From Squalus acanthias (Eukaryota), in contig CM059431.1 of assembly GCA_030390025.1 (NCBI GenBank), forward strand, positions 127,350,001 through 127,414,000: DNA of 64,000 nt, written 5' to 3'. Numbering within the stretch: position 1 is the first letter of the stretch; every line of letters starts with the position of its first letter. Position numbers and translations under genes: made by a program. Positions 1-11,119 of the stretch are shown one piece after another. Below the pieces are notes generated by a model. It did not search any database and was not told the DNA's origin. It saw nothing but the letters and a program-made list of their open reading frames with translations.

Positions 1-104
1 AAAGGGGCATTAATCTCCAAAATACAGAAGTGGAATGAGGCTATCTTAGAGACACGTAGAAAGCTGGGGGTGGGAAGTAAGCTTACATACGAAGCAGCTG
101 AAAA

Positions 105-390
105 AAGAAAGAACTTGTGTTTAAATAGTTATAAGGACATCTCAAATTACTTTGTGGACAATGGATTACTTTTAAAATGTAATCACTGTCATTATGTAGG
201 TAAACACAGCAAGCAATTGGCATCCCGTAAAGACCCACAAACAGCAATGCAACGGGTGACTAGATTATATATTTCACTGATGTGGTTGAGGCCTAAAAGG
301 TGGGCAGGATGCCAGTGGAACTCATCTACTTTCTTCAAATAGTGCCATAGGACTTTTATAGCCACCTGAACAGGAATAAAGGGGCTCATT
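105..390 (-). mobile_element. Old DeuSINE-like (SacSINE1/AmnSINE-type) remnant
   Basis: Contains CCCACAAACAGCAATG and CTTCAAATAGTGCCATAGGACTTTTATAGCCACCTGA, which I recall as resembling the reverse complement of the Deu domain. Heavily diverged. Confidence 0.65.
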
Positions 391-1559
391 GTACTATAGG
401 TGCTACAAATGGGCATGATGTTGGCAGATTGGTCATTCTGCCCAACCATCCGTGCCAGCTTGAGGCTCGAGCCATTTTGAGGCCCAAGCCTCATTAGCAT
501 ATCACCGGTAAGCTGCCGGCACCAAGCAGTTGCCCCACTGCAGCTCAATGGTTCTGGATGGTGTCAATCATAAAATAAATTCTGGTGCTTTAAAGATATA
601 TCCTATTATTTTCCCAGACATGCCGCCTGTATTTGACAGTGTGTAGAGTATAACTCCAGCGCTGTTTCCAAACAAATTTAAAAGTTGTCGGAAGTCCAAG
701 CTCTCAGGACATATCAATACGGAAAATGTGATTTGCAGACAAGCATTATAGCAACAGTATTGCGGGTTCTGAATTGTAGTTTCCACCTACCAACAGATCT
801 CTGAATGTGCTAATACAACCTTATCATTTCTATCTGAAATTCCTAGTGTTGAGGGTCAGTCAATGAATAAAGTCAACAATGTTAAAATCTAGGACACAGC
901 CTCAAGGACAGAACATACCGCTCTTGAAGTAATGATTCTTTGTGTTGAGAATGCTGAGTCAAAAAGATAAGCAAACATGATGGAAATGTCATGTAACCAT
1001 GGAAACAAATATCTTGAAGTGTCCAAAAGGAGGAACACCTCTTCAGCAAAAAGATTAATTTTAGATGCTACAATTCAAAATGCTTTTGCATATTTTACAA
1101 ATGTGTGCTGAATAATATGAATTATTATTTTTAAATAAAACGGCTTTCTTTATAAGCTACAACATCACTGGAAATTAGTATAGCAAACAGTGTAAAGGCA
1201 CTTAGGCTCCTTTTGACATATATTTGCCGCTGCCTGTAATGAACAGTATTACTTAATCATCAAGGGAAGTTAAGACTATTCATTGGATAAGATCAGAAAT
1301 CACATGACAAATTTGTCCTTTGACAAAATTGGCTCATCACCCCTTGGTGTATCCTTCCTCATTCATAGCCTCCTTGAGTGTGTTTTTGGGGTTGAGATGG
1401 CTCCAAGGTGATATCTTTGGTGATGGAAATTTAGAACCAGGTCAGCCCGCTGTCGTAGACTTGGCAATCCAATATGTGAACCAATCAGATCCTCAGTACT
1501 TCAGAGCACTGTTGATGATTTAGCAGCCAGGTTGGCTCATTAATGGAACCTGGAAGGGT

Positions 1560-3201
1560 TGTAAGGGGTTCTGTGTCGTGCTTGTATCGCAGACGGTGCT
1601 GGTGCGAGGTTAGGCCTTCGTTGCCTAATACTATTGCTTGCTCTGGTCTCCGGCCAGCCTTGTTGCAATAAGCACCTGTGAGTGGTTCGACCCACTCGCC
1701 CTTACGGTTCTAACACTGGACTTAGGTGCGAGAGCAGCATTGCAGAGAAAAACTCAAATAGACCCGGTTGAATAGTACGAAATGGAAATCTTTATTGCAT
1801 AGCGTCTAAAATCATGAAGTACATGTCATAGGCACAAATTAACGATAGCACAAGTATACATACATTCATAAAACTTGGTCTATGGTAATGAAGAACGCAC
1901 GGCACATCGTAAAAAGGGGAACACATTATACTTTATCCTTAATAAAACCACCCTCCCCTATCAATACCTACACTACGTCTAGATTTGTAGGATCGGGAAA
2001 CATGCTCACCACTCGTGATACTTCAGAGAATTTTAAAGTAAGGCGCTCGGCTCGTTTCGCTGCAGCGCCTGACTGTCACGTGTTTGACGGGGGCTCTGTA
2101 CCCCACTTGTTTACTTTCGCTGCTGCTGCAAGCAGGCTGGGCTCCCCGTTGTCATGAAGAACTCGACAGTGCTCGGGCCCGGCTGTAGAACTCAAGGAAA
2201 AGTCTTCCTGGACCGACACCAGTTACCGGTAGAATTCAAAGAAGAGTCTTCGACCAGTTCGTGTAGTAACCTGTAAAGTTCAAGGAATGGGTCGTATATA
2301 TTCGGGCGCGGTCGGGGTTTACTGACCGTGGCGGCACGTGGCTTCTTCTTCTTCTCGTCTTGTCTCTTCGGGCCTTCGGGTCCAGACGCCGTTTACCGAC
2401 TCTCGGGATGGTGCACCCGGTCACTGGCCTTCGTCGAGGCGACTCGTTCCGTTTGAGCTCCACCCAACATAGTCAACAGAGTCCAGAGAGAAACAGAAGG
2501 CTGCTCGTCCAGCAGAGCGATCCCCGAGGATCAGAATAGGAGAATAAAAGTTCAGCAGTCATCAGCGAGATAAGAGTCATAAGAGAGCGATGGACATTTG
2601 TTGTCTATAGTTATAGTGCTGTGTTCCCTTATCTCCCGCTCAAATCTTAATGTTTGTCCTTTGTGAAATATTGGCGCTCAAAACTCCCAGCATGGGGTGA
2701 TTCTTGTCTTTAACGGGTTTCGGTAGTACCTGAAACTGGCTAACTACTCGTTAATGTTTTCCCCATTGTCGAACCGGCTAGGAGTCTCCCTGACTGGGTT
2801 TGGGGCCTCCTCGAATACTGACTTAATCACCCGTGAATGGCTCTCTCATTGTAGAGCCGTGGGGGTATATGTGTATTGATGTGTCTGGATGGGCCTTCGA
2901 TTGCCCAGTACAATGGTCCTTACTTGTGCATGGAAAACGATTCCAGCACTCATATCTTTTGCTATTGTCACAACTGCAAACAGGTTGCATCCTGTCTTTA
3001 TCAGTGCTTATCGAAAATGTTTATTCAAACGCCATCTTGTCTGCCCACTGTGCTTCTGGAAGCTTCTGTCATGATGCGTGGCGGCCATTTTACAGGCTTC
3101 TGTGTCCTTTTTAATCATGACAGCATTTCGTTTAAATAAACTGATTAAACAAATCTGTTTCTCTCTCGTTATTTTGAATCGCGATAATTGCGAAACTTTC
3201 A
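1560..3201 (-). mobile_element. Solo LTR A (1642 bp)
   Basis: TG...CA ends. 4-bp TSD GGGT at 1556-1559 and 3202-3205. AATAAA on the minus strand at 1791-1796. Both ends are homologous, in inverted orientation, to the element at 28244-30631. Confidence 0.9.
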
Positions 3202-4034
3202 GGGTAGACCTGTCATGAGGGATGGAATTTTTTCACTTGGCTCCAAATAAAACCAGTGTCCTAACTGATAAGAAACTGGACAAGTAGCAGGAAGTTTATT
3301 AGTGCATTCTGAAAGGGGGTTACAGTGCCCTCTGTATTGGACAAAAAGCAATTCTACATGTGTAGATTCTCAATAGCTTAACTTGGAGACATGATGGGTA
3401 GTTACCACTTTCAGCAGTGTCGGACAACTGGTGGTAGTGGAACGGCCGCCCATTATACACCACAGCCAATTGTATACATCCAGCATACCACACCAATGTT
3501 ATACTCATAGAACCATACAGTACAGAAGAACGCTATTCAGCCCATCATGCAAAGAATTCTCCTCATCTCCCCTTTGGTTCTTTGGCCAATTATCTTAAAT
3601 CTGTGTCCTCTGGTTACTGACCCTCCTGCCAGTGGAAACAGTTTCCTGTATTTACTCTATCAAAAACCTTCATAATTTTGAACACCTCTATTAAATCCCC
3701 CCTTAATCTTCTCTGTTCTAAGGGGAACAATCCCATCATCTCCAGAAACTGCACATAACTGAAGTAACTCCCTGGTATCATTCTAGTAAATCCCCTCTGT
3801 ACCCTCTCCAAAGCCTTGACACCCTTCCTAAAGAGTGATGCTGAGAATTGGACACAATACTTAACTGAGGCCTAAACAGTAAAGGTTTAGCATAACTTCC
3901 TTGCTTTTGTACTATATGCATCTATTTTTAAAGCCAAGCTTTTTTAACATCCTTATCAATTTGTCCTGCCACCTTCAAAGATTTGTGTGTGTGAACTCCC
4001 AGGTCTCTCTGTTCCTGCACCCCTTTTAAAATTG

Positions 4035-5308
4035 TGTAAGGGGTTTTAGTCTCGGGCTTATTTGTAGGTCAGCCAGTTATGTTTTCCTGGACTGTCCTGC
4101 CCGTTGTGCGGTTGCGAATCGCTACCCCCTTCCTAGTTCTGAGCCCAGGACTTATCGAGCGGCGATAAGGACAAATGAACAGACCCGTGGATTGGTGCGA
4201 GGAAAACCAATGTTTATTTAACAGAGATGAAACATAACATGTCAATCTTAACTTCGGTACAAACGAGGGAAATAACAGTAGAACAATACCTCACCCCTCC
4301 CAACCCCACTTTACTAGCTAAGTTAGACTCTTGAGGACCAGGGATAATGCTCACCAAACGAATCCTTTGACAGTTGAGATATGGTTTAAAGCCCTTTTAA
4401 GTAAAAGTTTCATAAGGCCCTTGTGCCTCGAGGTGTTTGATGGTCACTGGAACCGTTGCTCTGGTTTCTTGCGTGTCGGTCTGTTTCTGGAGTTGCTGGC
4501 CTTCTTTGTTGAACGGTCTTGTTTCTGTTGAACTGTGTACTGGAGAACTCCTGTGCTTCAGCTGTCCTGCTTGTGGCCTGTCCATGTGACTTAAACAGCT
4601 TGTTTTTAAACTACTAGGCTGCAAAACTGCCAGTCTCGTCTCTGCAGAACTCGTCTCTGTGGAACTCTCCTCTGTAGAACTCTCTCTCTGTAGAACTCTG
4701 GCTTGTTCCAGCACAGGTCTCAAGTTATACTGTTCGATTGTTCCTTATTTGCCCGCCAAATCTTCCCAGTGCTTTGTTTAATTCTGGTGGGCTCGTTAAG
4801 GTCGTTAACTTTAATGGCAGGAGATGGACTTTAACGATATTAAATATTTGTTAAGTGGAGGATGATTGCTGGTTGATGGTTGTTCATTTGTGTTGCCTTT
4901 ACTTCTTTGTATAAATGCTAAACAGTTTGATGGGGCTGGAGACAGGCCGATCACCTGTAATATACAACATTGTCTCTGTAGAGGCCAGCCCCGCCTCCTT
5001 TGGCAGCCTGTACTGAGATCTGCCCGGGCATGTTTTAAAATGTCCCTGGTCCAATACACTCAATTGGTTTTAAAATGTCCAAAGCCCCTTTTTCTTAGGG
5101 TCTCTCTCTTTTCCTCTGAGTCTTTTGGGGGTCTGGGAATTTTGAAACTCTCTTACAGACCCAGGCATGTCACCTGGCCTGCTGTTTTTGCAGGGCCCTG
5201 GTTTCTGTTCAATGTCGCAGGCTTCTGCCATGAGGTCTAGAAGCCACTTTGTCTAGGGTACCACTTATTAATGACTCTGGGGAATGTGGGAATTTTGAGA
5301 ACCCTACA
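4035..5308 (-). mobile_element. Solo LTR C (1274 bp) inserted in CR1
   Basis: TGTAAGGGG...CCCTACA ends. Near-TSD ATTG/CTTG. Minus-strand AATAAA at 4213-4218. The terminal region resembles LTR A and B and matches 16260-16583 in inverted orientation. Confidence 0.85.
4640..4700. repeat. About 15-bp tandem repeat (CTCTGTAGAACTC) x4 inside LTR C
   Basis: ctctgcagaactcg tctctgtggaactc tcctctgtagaactc tctctctgtagaactc. Confidence 0.8.
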
Positions 5309-5641
5309 CTTGTACCATTTAGTTTAAATTGCCTCTCTTCATTCTTACTTCCAAAATGTATCACTCATTACTCATTAGACGTCTTTTACTATATGAAGGT
5401 ATCAATGGTGAATGAAAAGCAGAATTCAGCTTATTATTAGGGGACAGGATAAACTCCAGTACTTATCTGAACAAAATTTGTTCCATCAAAATGTATGATG
5501 ATCTGAATCTAAAAATCCTGGTAAAAAAGCAAAGTTTTATTTGGTGCTCATGCAAAGACCAGCAATATAGCATCCCATCTTGCAAGTGTATTGCTGATAA
5601 GATTTTGCAATTTATTCTGAGATGAGTATCCTATTGACCTA

Positions 5642-8011
5642 TTTTTTTCCATTCACAGGATGTGGGCGTCGCTGGCAAGGCCAGCATTTATTGCCCATCC
5701 CTAATTGCCCCTGAGAAGGTGGTGGTGAGCCGCCTTCTTGAACCGCTGCAGTCCGTGTGGTGAAGGTACTCCCACAGTGTTATTACGGAGGGAGTTCCAG
5801 GATTTTGACCCAGCGACGATGAAGGAACGGCGATATATTTCCAAGTCAGGATGCTGTGTTACTTGGAGGGGAACTCAGAGGTGATGGTGTTCCCATGCGC
5901 CTGCTGCCCTTATCCTTCGAGGTGGTAGAGGTCGTGGGTATGGGAGGTGCTGCTGAAGAAGCCTTGGCGAGTTGCTGCAATGCATCTTGTGATCGGTGGT
6001 GGAGGGAGTGAATGTTTAAGGTGGTGGATGGGGTGCCAATCAAGCGGGCTGCTTTGTCCTGGATGGTGTCGAGCTTCTTGAGTGTTGTTGGAACTGCACT
6101 CATCCAGGCAAGTGGGGAGAATTCCATCACACTTCTGCTTCATTATCTGAGGAGTTGTGAATGGAACTGAACACTGTGCAATCATTAGTGAACATCCCCA
6201 CTTCTGACCCTATGATGGAGGGAAGGTCATTGATGAAGCACAGTGGACAGGGCATACCTGGTCAATTTTATATATTGCTAGTGTTGTAGCAGTACGGGAA
6301 CAGCTTGGCTAGTGGCATGGCTAGTTCTGGAGCACAAGTCTTCAGCATGACAGCCAGGATGTTGTCGTGCCCTATAGCCTTTGCTCTATCCAATGCGTTC
6401 AGCCATTCCTTGATATCACATGGAGTGAATCGAATTGGCTGAAGACTGGCTTTTGTGATAGTGGGGACCTCAGGAGGAGGCCGAGATCATCCACTTGGCA
6501 CTTCTGGCTTTTGCACTCATGTCCTGGGCTCCGCCATCATTGAGGATGGGAATATTCATGGAGCCTCCTCCTCCTGTTAGTTGTTTAATGGTCCACCACC
6601 ATTCACGACTGGATGTGGTAGGACTGCAGAGCTTTGATCTGATCAATTGATTGTGTGATCGCTTAGCTCTGTCTATAGCATGCTGCTTTTGCTGTTTAGC
6701 ATGCATGTAGTGCTGTGTTATAGCTTCACCAGGTTGGCACTTCATTTTTGTGTATGTCTGGTGCTACTCCTGGTCATGCTCTTCTGCACACCTCATTGAA
6801 CCAGGGTTGGTCCCCTGCATTGGTGGTAATGGTAGAGTGAGGGATATGCCGGGCCATGAGGTTACAGATTGTGGTGGAATACAATTCTGCTGCTGCTGAT
6901 GGACCACAGCACCTCATGGATGCCCAGTTTTGTGCTGCTAGATCTGTTCTGAATCTATCCCATTTAATACGATGAAGATGGGACTTTGTCTCCACAATGA
7001 CTGTATGGTGGTCACTCCTACCAATGCTGTCATGGACAGATGCATCTGCAACACGTAGATTGGTGAGAACGCGGTCAAGTAAGTTATTCCCTTGTGTTGG
7101 TTCTCTCACCACCTGCCGCAGGCCCAGTCTGGCAGATATATCCTTCAGGATTCGGCCAGCTCGGTCATTAGTGATGCTATCGAGTCACCCTTAGTGATGG
7201 ACTTTGAAGGCCCCCAGCCAGAGTACGTTTTGTGCCCTTGCTACCCTCATTGCTTCTTTCAGGTGGTGTTCAAAATGGAGAAGTACTGATTCAACAGCTG
7301 AGGGAGGGCGGTAGGTGGTAATCAGCAGGAGGTTTCATTCTTCATGTTTGACCTGATGCCATGAGACTTCATGGGGTCCAGCGTCAATGTTAAGGACTCC
7401 CAGGGCCACCCCCTCTCAACTGTATACCACCTCTGTGGGACAGGACATACCCAGGGATGGTGATGAAGGAGTCTGAAACGTATGAATCTGTAAGTTGGTC
7501 TATGTCAGGCTGTTGCTTGATTAGTCTGTGGACAGCTCTCCCAATTTTGGCACAAGTCTTGATGTTAGTGAGGAGGACTTTGCAAGGTCGACCGGGCTGG
7601 GTGTGCCTTTGTCGTGTCAGGTGCCTAGGTCGATGCCGGGTGGTCCGTCTGGTTTTTCTTCTTAGTATACTTCTTTGTAGCAGTTTGGTACAACTGAATA
7701 GCTCGCTAGGCCATTTCAGAGGGCAGTTAAAAGTCAACCTCATTGCTGTGGGTCTGGAGTCACATTTCGGCCAGCCAGATAAGGACGGCAGATTTCCTTC
7801 CCTAAAGGACATTAGTGAACCAGATGGGTTTTTATGACAATCCGGTAATTTCATGGTCACCATTACTGATAGTAGCTTTTTATTCCAGATTTATTTAATT
7901 AACTGAATTTAAATTCACCAGCTGAACTGGTTTGAACTCACGCCTCTGGATTATTAGTCCAGGCCGCTGGATTACTAGACCAGTAACATAACCACAATGC
8001 TACCGTACCCC
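5642..8011 (-). mobile_element. CR1-group LINE (family T), 5'-complete and internally deleted, with tRNA-like head
   Basis: A-box at 7992-8002 and B-box at 7929-7937. APE motifs (KVLLTNI, HRLIKQQPDI, GNNLLDRVLTN, IGRSDH). Most of the RT is deleted near 6240. The 3' tail GGGCAATAAATGCTGGCCTTGCCAGCGACGCCCACATCC plus an A-rich end is shared with five other copies. Confidence 0.9.
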
Positions 8012-8020
8012 TTGCTTTGT

Positions 8021-8191
8021 GAGAAATCTGTGGGTTTTCCCAGTGTCCTGATGTAGCTTCAGCATGAGAATAGTAGCACCCCTGGAGAAATTACCATTGT
8101 TAGCCGTTTACACCATTTCTCCAGGGCTTCCACTGGTCTCCCGCTGGAGTAATGGCACCATATCAGGAGAACCCCCATGGAATTTCTGGCC
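8021..8191. mobile_element. Degenerate hairpin MITE
   Basis: Outer arms AGAAATCTGTGGGTTTTCC / GGAGAACCCCCATGGAATTTCT. Inner arms CCCTGGAGAAAT / ATTTCTCCAGGG. Confidence 0.55.
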
Positions 8192-9206
8192 TTTCTCTTT
8201 TCTTTAAAAATATGAGGTAGGTGTGCTTCTTTTTAATATTTCCAAATGGCAAGTGGAAATGCAGAAGTCCAAGACTTTGTAATATGCAATTCCAGTGAAA
8301 ATGTTTTGTTGGTGGTAGGGAAAAATGTCATGCAATCATGACACAGCTGCAATAATGATCCTTCAATGTCTCTCTAGTAGCTAAAGAGCCTCTTAACTGC
8401 CATCAATATGGAAAGATATATTCATCCAGCTGTGGAGTCCGCATTGATAGAGGGAAAAGGCTGAACACTGGCTGAGAAATCCTGATTTACCCACAAGGTG
8501 CAACATATACTCAGGCCTCTATTGATAGTTGTCTCTTTCCTCCTCAAGATCACTTTGAAGTTTGACACAGATAAGGATGCTGTTTTTGCCTCTGTAGCAG
8601 ATTCTGCTCGGTAGCCTGATCAAACTATTTTGATGTCCGACATCATTTTTGAAAGTTTAGTACTTTTAAGTTGTATAATTCATTTTCCAGCAAAATAAAA
8701 GTGCCTTTTAAATGTTCAGTGACAGTAATTTTAGGACACTATGGCACAATTACAGATGAAAAGAAAAGATATTTTCTAAATTGCTACAGCTGTATCCTTA
8801 CAAAAATTTGTGTATGTTGTTTTCCTACTTATTGAATGGCTTTCCCTTGCTGTTGATTTTACCTTGTCTGCAGTAAACTTCCATTACTTGAGTATATGAG
8901 GATAATTTTACGAGCTCAAACTACGAGCCTTGGTCAATGGGAGCATGGATAGTAAATGGAGGTCAGTGAACTTGATACATGAAGCTCCCAATTTTGCAAT
9001 GATTAACTTTACTCATTGAAAAAGTTCGAGCGCTGCTCATTGGGCTTACTGACACCTGCATCCGATTCTCTGATCCGAGCTCCTGTCAAGTAAAATGCTG
9101 TGCTGGGAGCTTCACCTCACACAATCTATCCTATGATGGCATAATGTGGAGATCAATATTCAAAATATTGATTATATTAAAATCATGAATAATTTTATGA
9201 ATCAAA

Positions 9207-9377
9207 GGGGTAGAAATTCATCTTGGGTGGTAGTGCAAAACAGGCTGCCTGTTATACGTCCTGCCCAATATTCAGTTTCAATGAAGTCAATAGAACTGAA
9301 TATCGGGCGTGCGTATAACAGGCAGCCAATGCGAAAGCATTCGTTTTGCGCTGTCGCCCAAGGTGAATTTCTACCCG
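9207..9377. mobile_element. Hairpin MITE, probably PIF/Harbinger-derived
   Basis: TIR GGGGTAGAAATTCATCTTGGG / CCCAAGGTGAATTTCTACCC(G). Flanked by AAA on both sides. Inner arms GGCTGCCTGTTATACG / CGTATAACAGGCAGCC. Confidence 0.85.
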
Positions 9378-9719
9378 AAAGAATTTATGTGAATGGTGCT
9401 TGAATAGGTTTCCAGAAGTTTGCACCCTCTGTATTCAATATTCACGAAACAAGCTGTATTCAGGTGCTCAGGTGCGTAATGAGGCCATTATTGACCATTC
9501 TGTGCAGAGAATCAGCCTTTTCTGTTATTCTGTATGCAGATTTGAATGGTAAAGTGTTTTTTTAAAATCAGATACAACTCATAACACGGTAGAATGAAGG
9601 AAGAATGAAATCTCACTTCTTAAGCCCTATTGATTTCATTTATCTTATATTTTTTCATATTTGTACAAGACATTGATTCAGCCACAAATGAAGTACTCTT
9701 TGCAGTCTGCGTCGAATAT

Positions 9720-9915
9720 AGAAAGGATATTAGAGCCATGGAAAGGAACAGTGAAGATTGACTAGCATGATAGAAGGAATGAAAGTTTTTAGTTACCAAT
9801 CAAGGCTTGAAAATTTGGGACCTTTTCCTCTGGAACAGAGAAAGCTAAGGAGGAAATCTAATAAAAGTTTTCAAGATTGTGAAATGGTTTTGAGAGAGTA
9901 AATCGTAAAAGACTG
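9720..9915 (+). mobile_element. Old CR1 ORF2 C-terminal fragment
   Basis: Degenerate match to the RKDI..LE..FTRMI..LEQRKLRG.LIKVFKI coding region of the other CR1 copies. Confidence 0.65.
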
Positions 9916-11119
9916 ACCTGGAAATTCTTGGGGACTTATGTTGGCCTAAGTGCAGTGGAACAGAATCCTTGTCCGCCCTTGTCCAAGGCTGAAGAACCAT
10001 GTCCCAAATCCTAGGGATGGAGTCATTTGTATAGCCGGGGCAGACTGCCGGTGTGACGGAGCCTTGTCATTCTACATGAAGTCCCTTGAGACCCAAATGG
10101 GCAGTGGAAAAGTAATGCCTTTGGCTTGGGCATTGATTACCTTATTCTAGCACAATTTTGGAGCCATCAGAGATATCAACAGGCATGAATTCTGCTGAGG
10201 CTTTTCAATAGCATAAAGAGGGGTATTTCCCAGGAAATCCGAGGAACTCCCTTGACACCGTGGGTATGGGGTGGACAGAAGGTCCGCTCACAGTTCCCTC
10301 AATCAAAATTTAAAGGTCTGGTCTAAATGGGGTAGAATCACAGCAGGGCCAGATTCCAGCTCATATTGGGGGCTCCAAGGAATTTTAGGACAATGGTTGA
10401 TGACACTGCAACAACAGGCATAGGGGGTGATTTTGTTTTCCTTACAGCCCCTTTTGTGCTATAAAATGCGGCAGTAATGAGTGGAAGATTGAGTGCAAAT
10501 TTCTCCTGCCCAGTTAACATTGCTTTTAGAACTCGTCTGATTTTGCAAGGGAAATAATTCGGAGTGACCAGTGTTTCTGCCTGAATCAGTTCGGAGCCTC
10601 ATGAATACATGCACATTTGTGTCACATGATGTCATGGCAATGCCACTTTACGAACTTCCCACCTGACGAATGCCACTTCCAGCCCCTGCCCACATACCAG
10701 GTGGAGATCTCAAACAATATTTAAAAGGATCCTTAGCTGCTCTCAATTACAACACACAGCAGAGTTTATCACAGTCGATTTGAGTTGTCACTTCCTCACA
10801 AAACAATCAAGGAGGATGGTCACAATCGTTTTTTTTAAGGAGTGGGGGGGCCTGCTCAAATGTTCTGGAACATATACCATGTGCCTACGTCCACTGCTGC
10901 TGATCGGTTGCTTCTAAAGTCAAACAGGATTGCTGGCAATGTGCGAGCTCAATGAAGAATTTTATATACTTTTATCTTTTGTTTTGTTCATCTCTTTTTT
11001 TCCCCCAGAATATTCAACAAGCCTATTTCTGGTCAACATATTGAACCTATGGATTTCTCTTCAGCCTCAGTTATGGTTGTGATGATACTTAGGAATCTTC
11101 CCATTTACTCAGCTCAATA

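Larger units (their letters stand above)
3505..5370 (-). mobile_element. CR1 LINE 3' fragment, split by solo LTR C
   Basis: ORF 3614-3811 (RFTRMIPG...LEQRRLRGDLIEVFKIM) is the CR1 ORF2 C-terminus. CR1 sequence stops at 4034 and resumes at about 5313 (TACCATTTAGTTTAAATTGCCTCTC). Confidence 0.85.

Noticed and set aside
2236..2463. Arg-rich accessory-protein ORF inside LTR A
   Set aside because: It is short, and an equivalent frame is not clearly kept in LTR B.
7929..8011. Functional tRNA gene
   Set aside because: A and B boxes are present, but I could not build a cloverleaf, and the sequence continues into the LINE.
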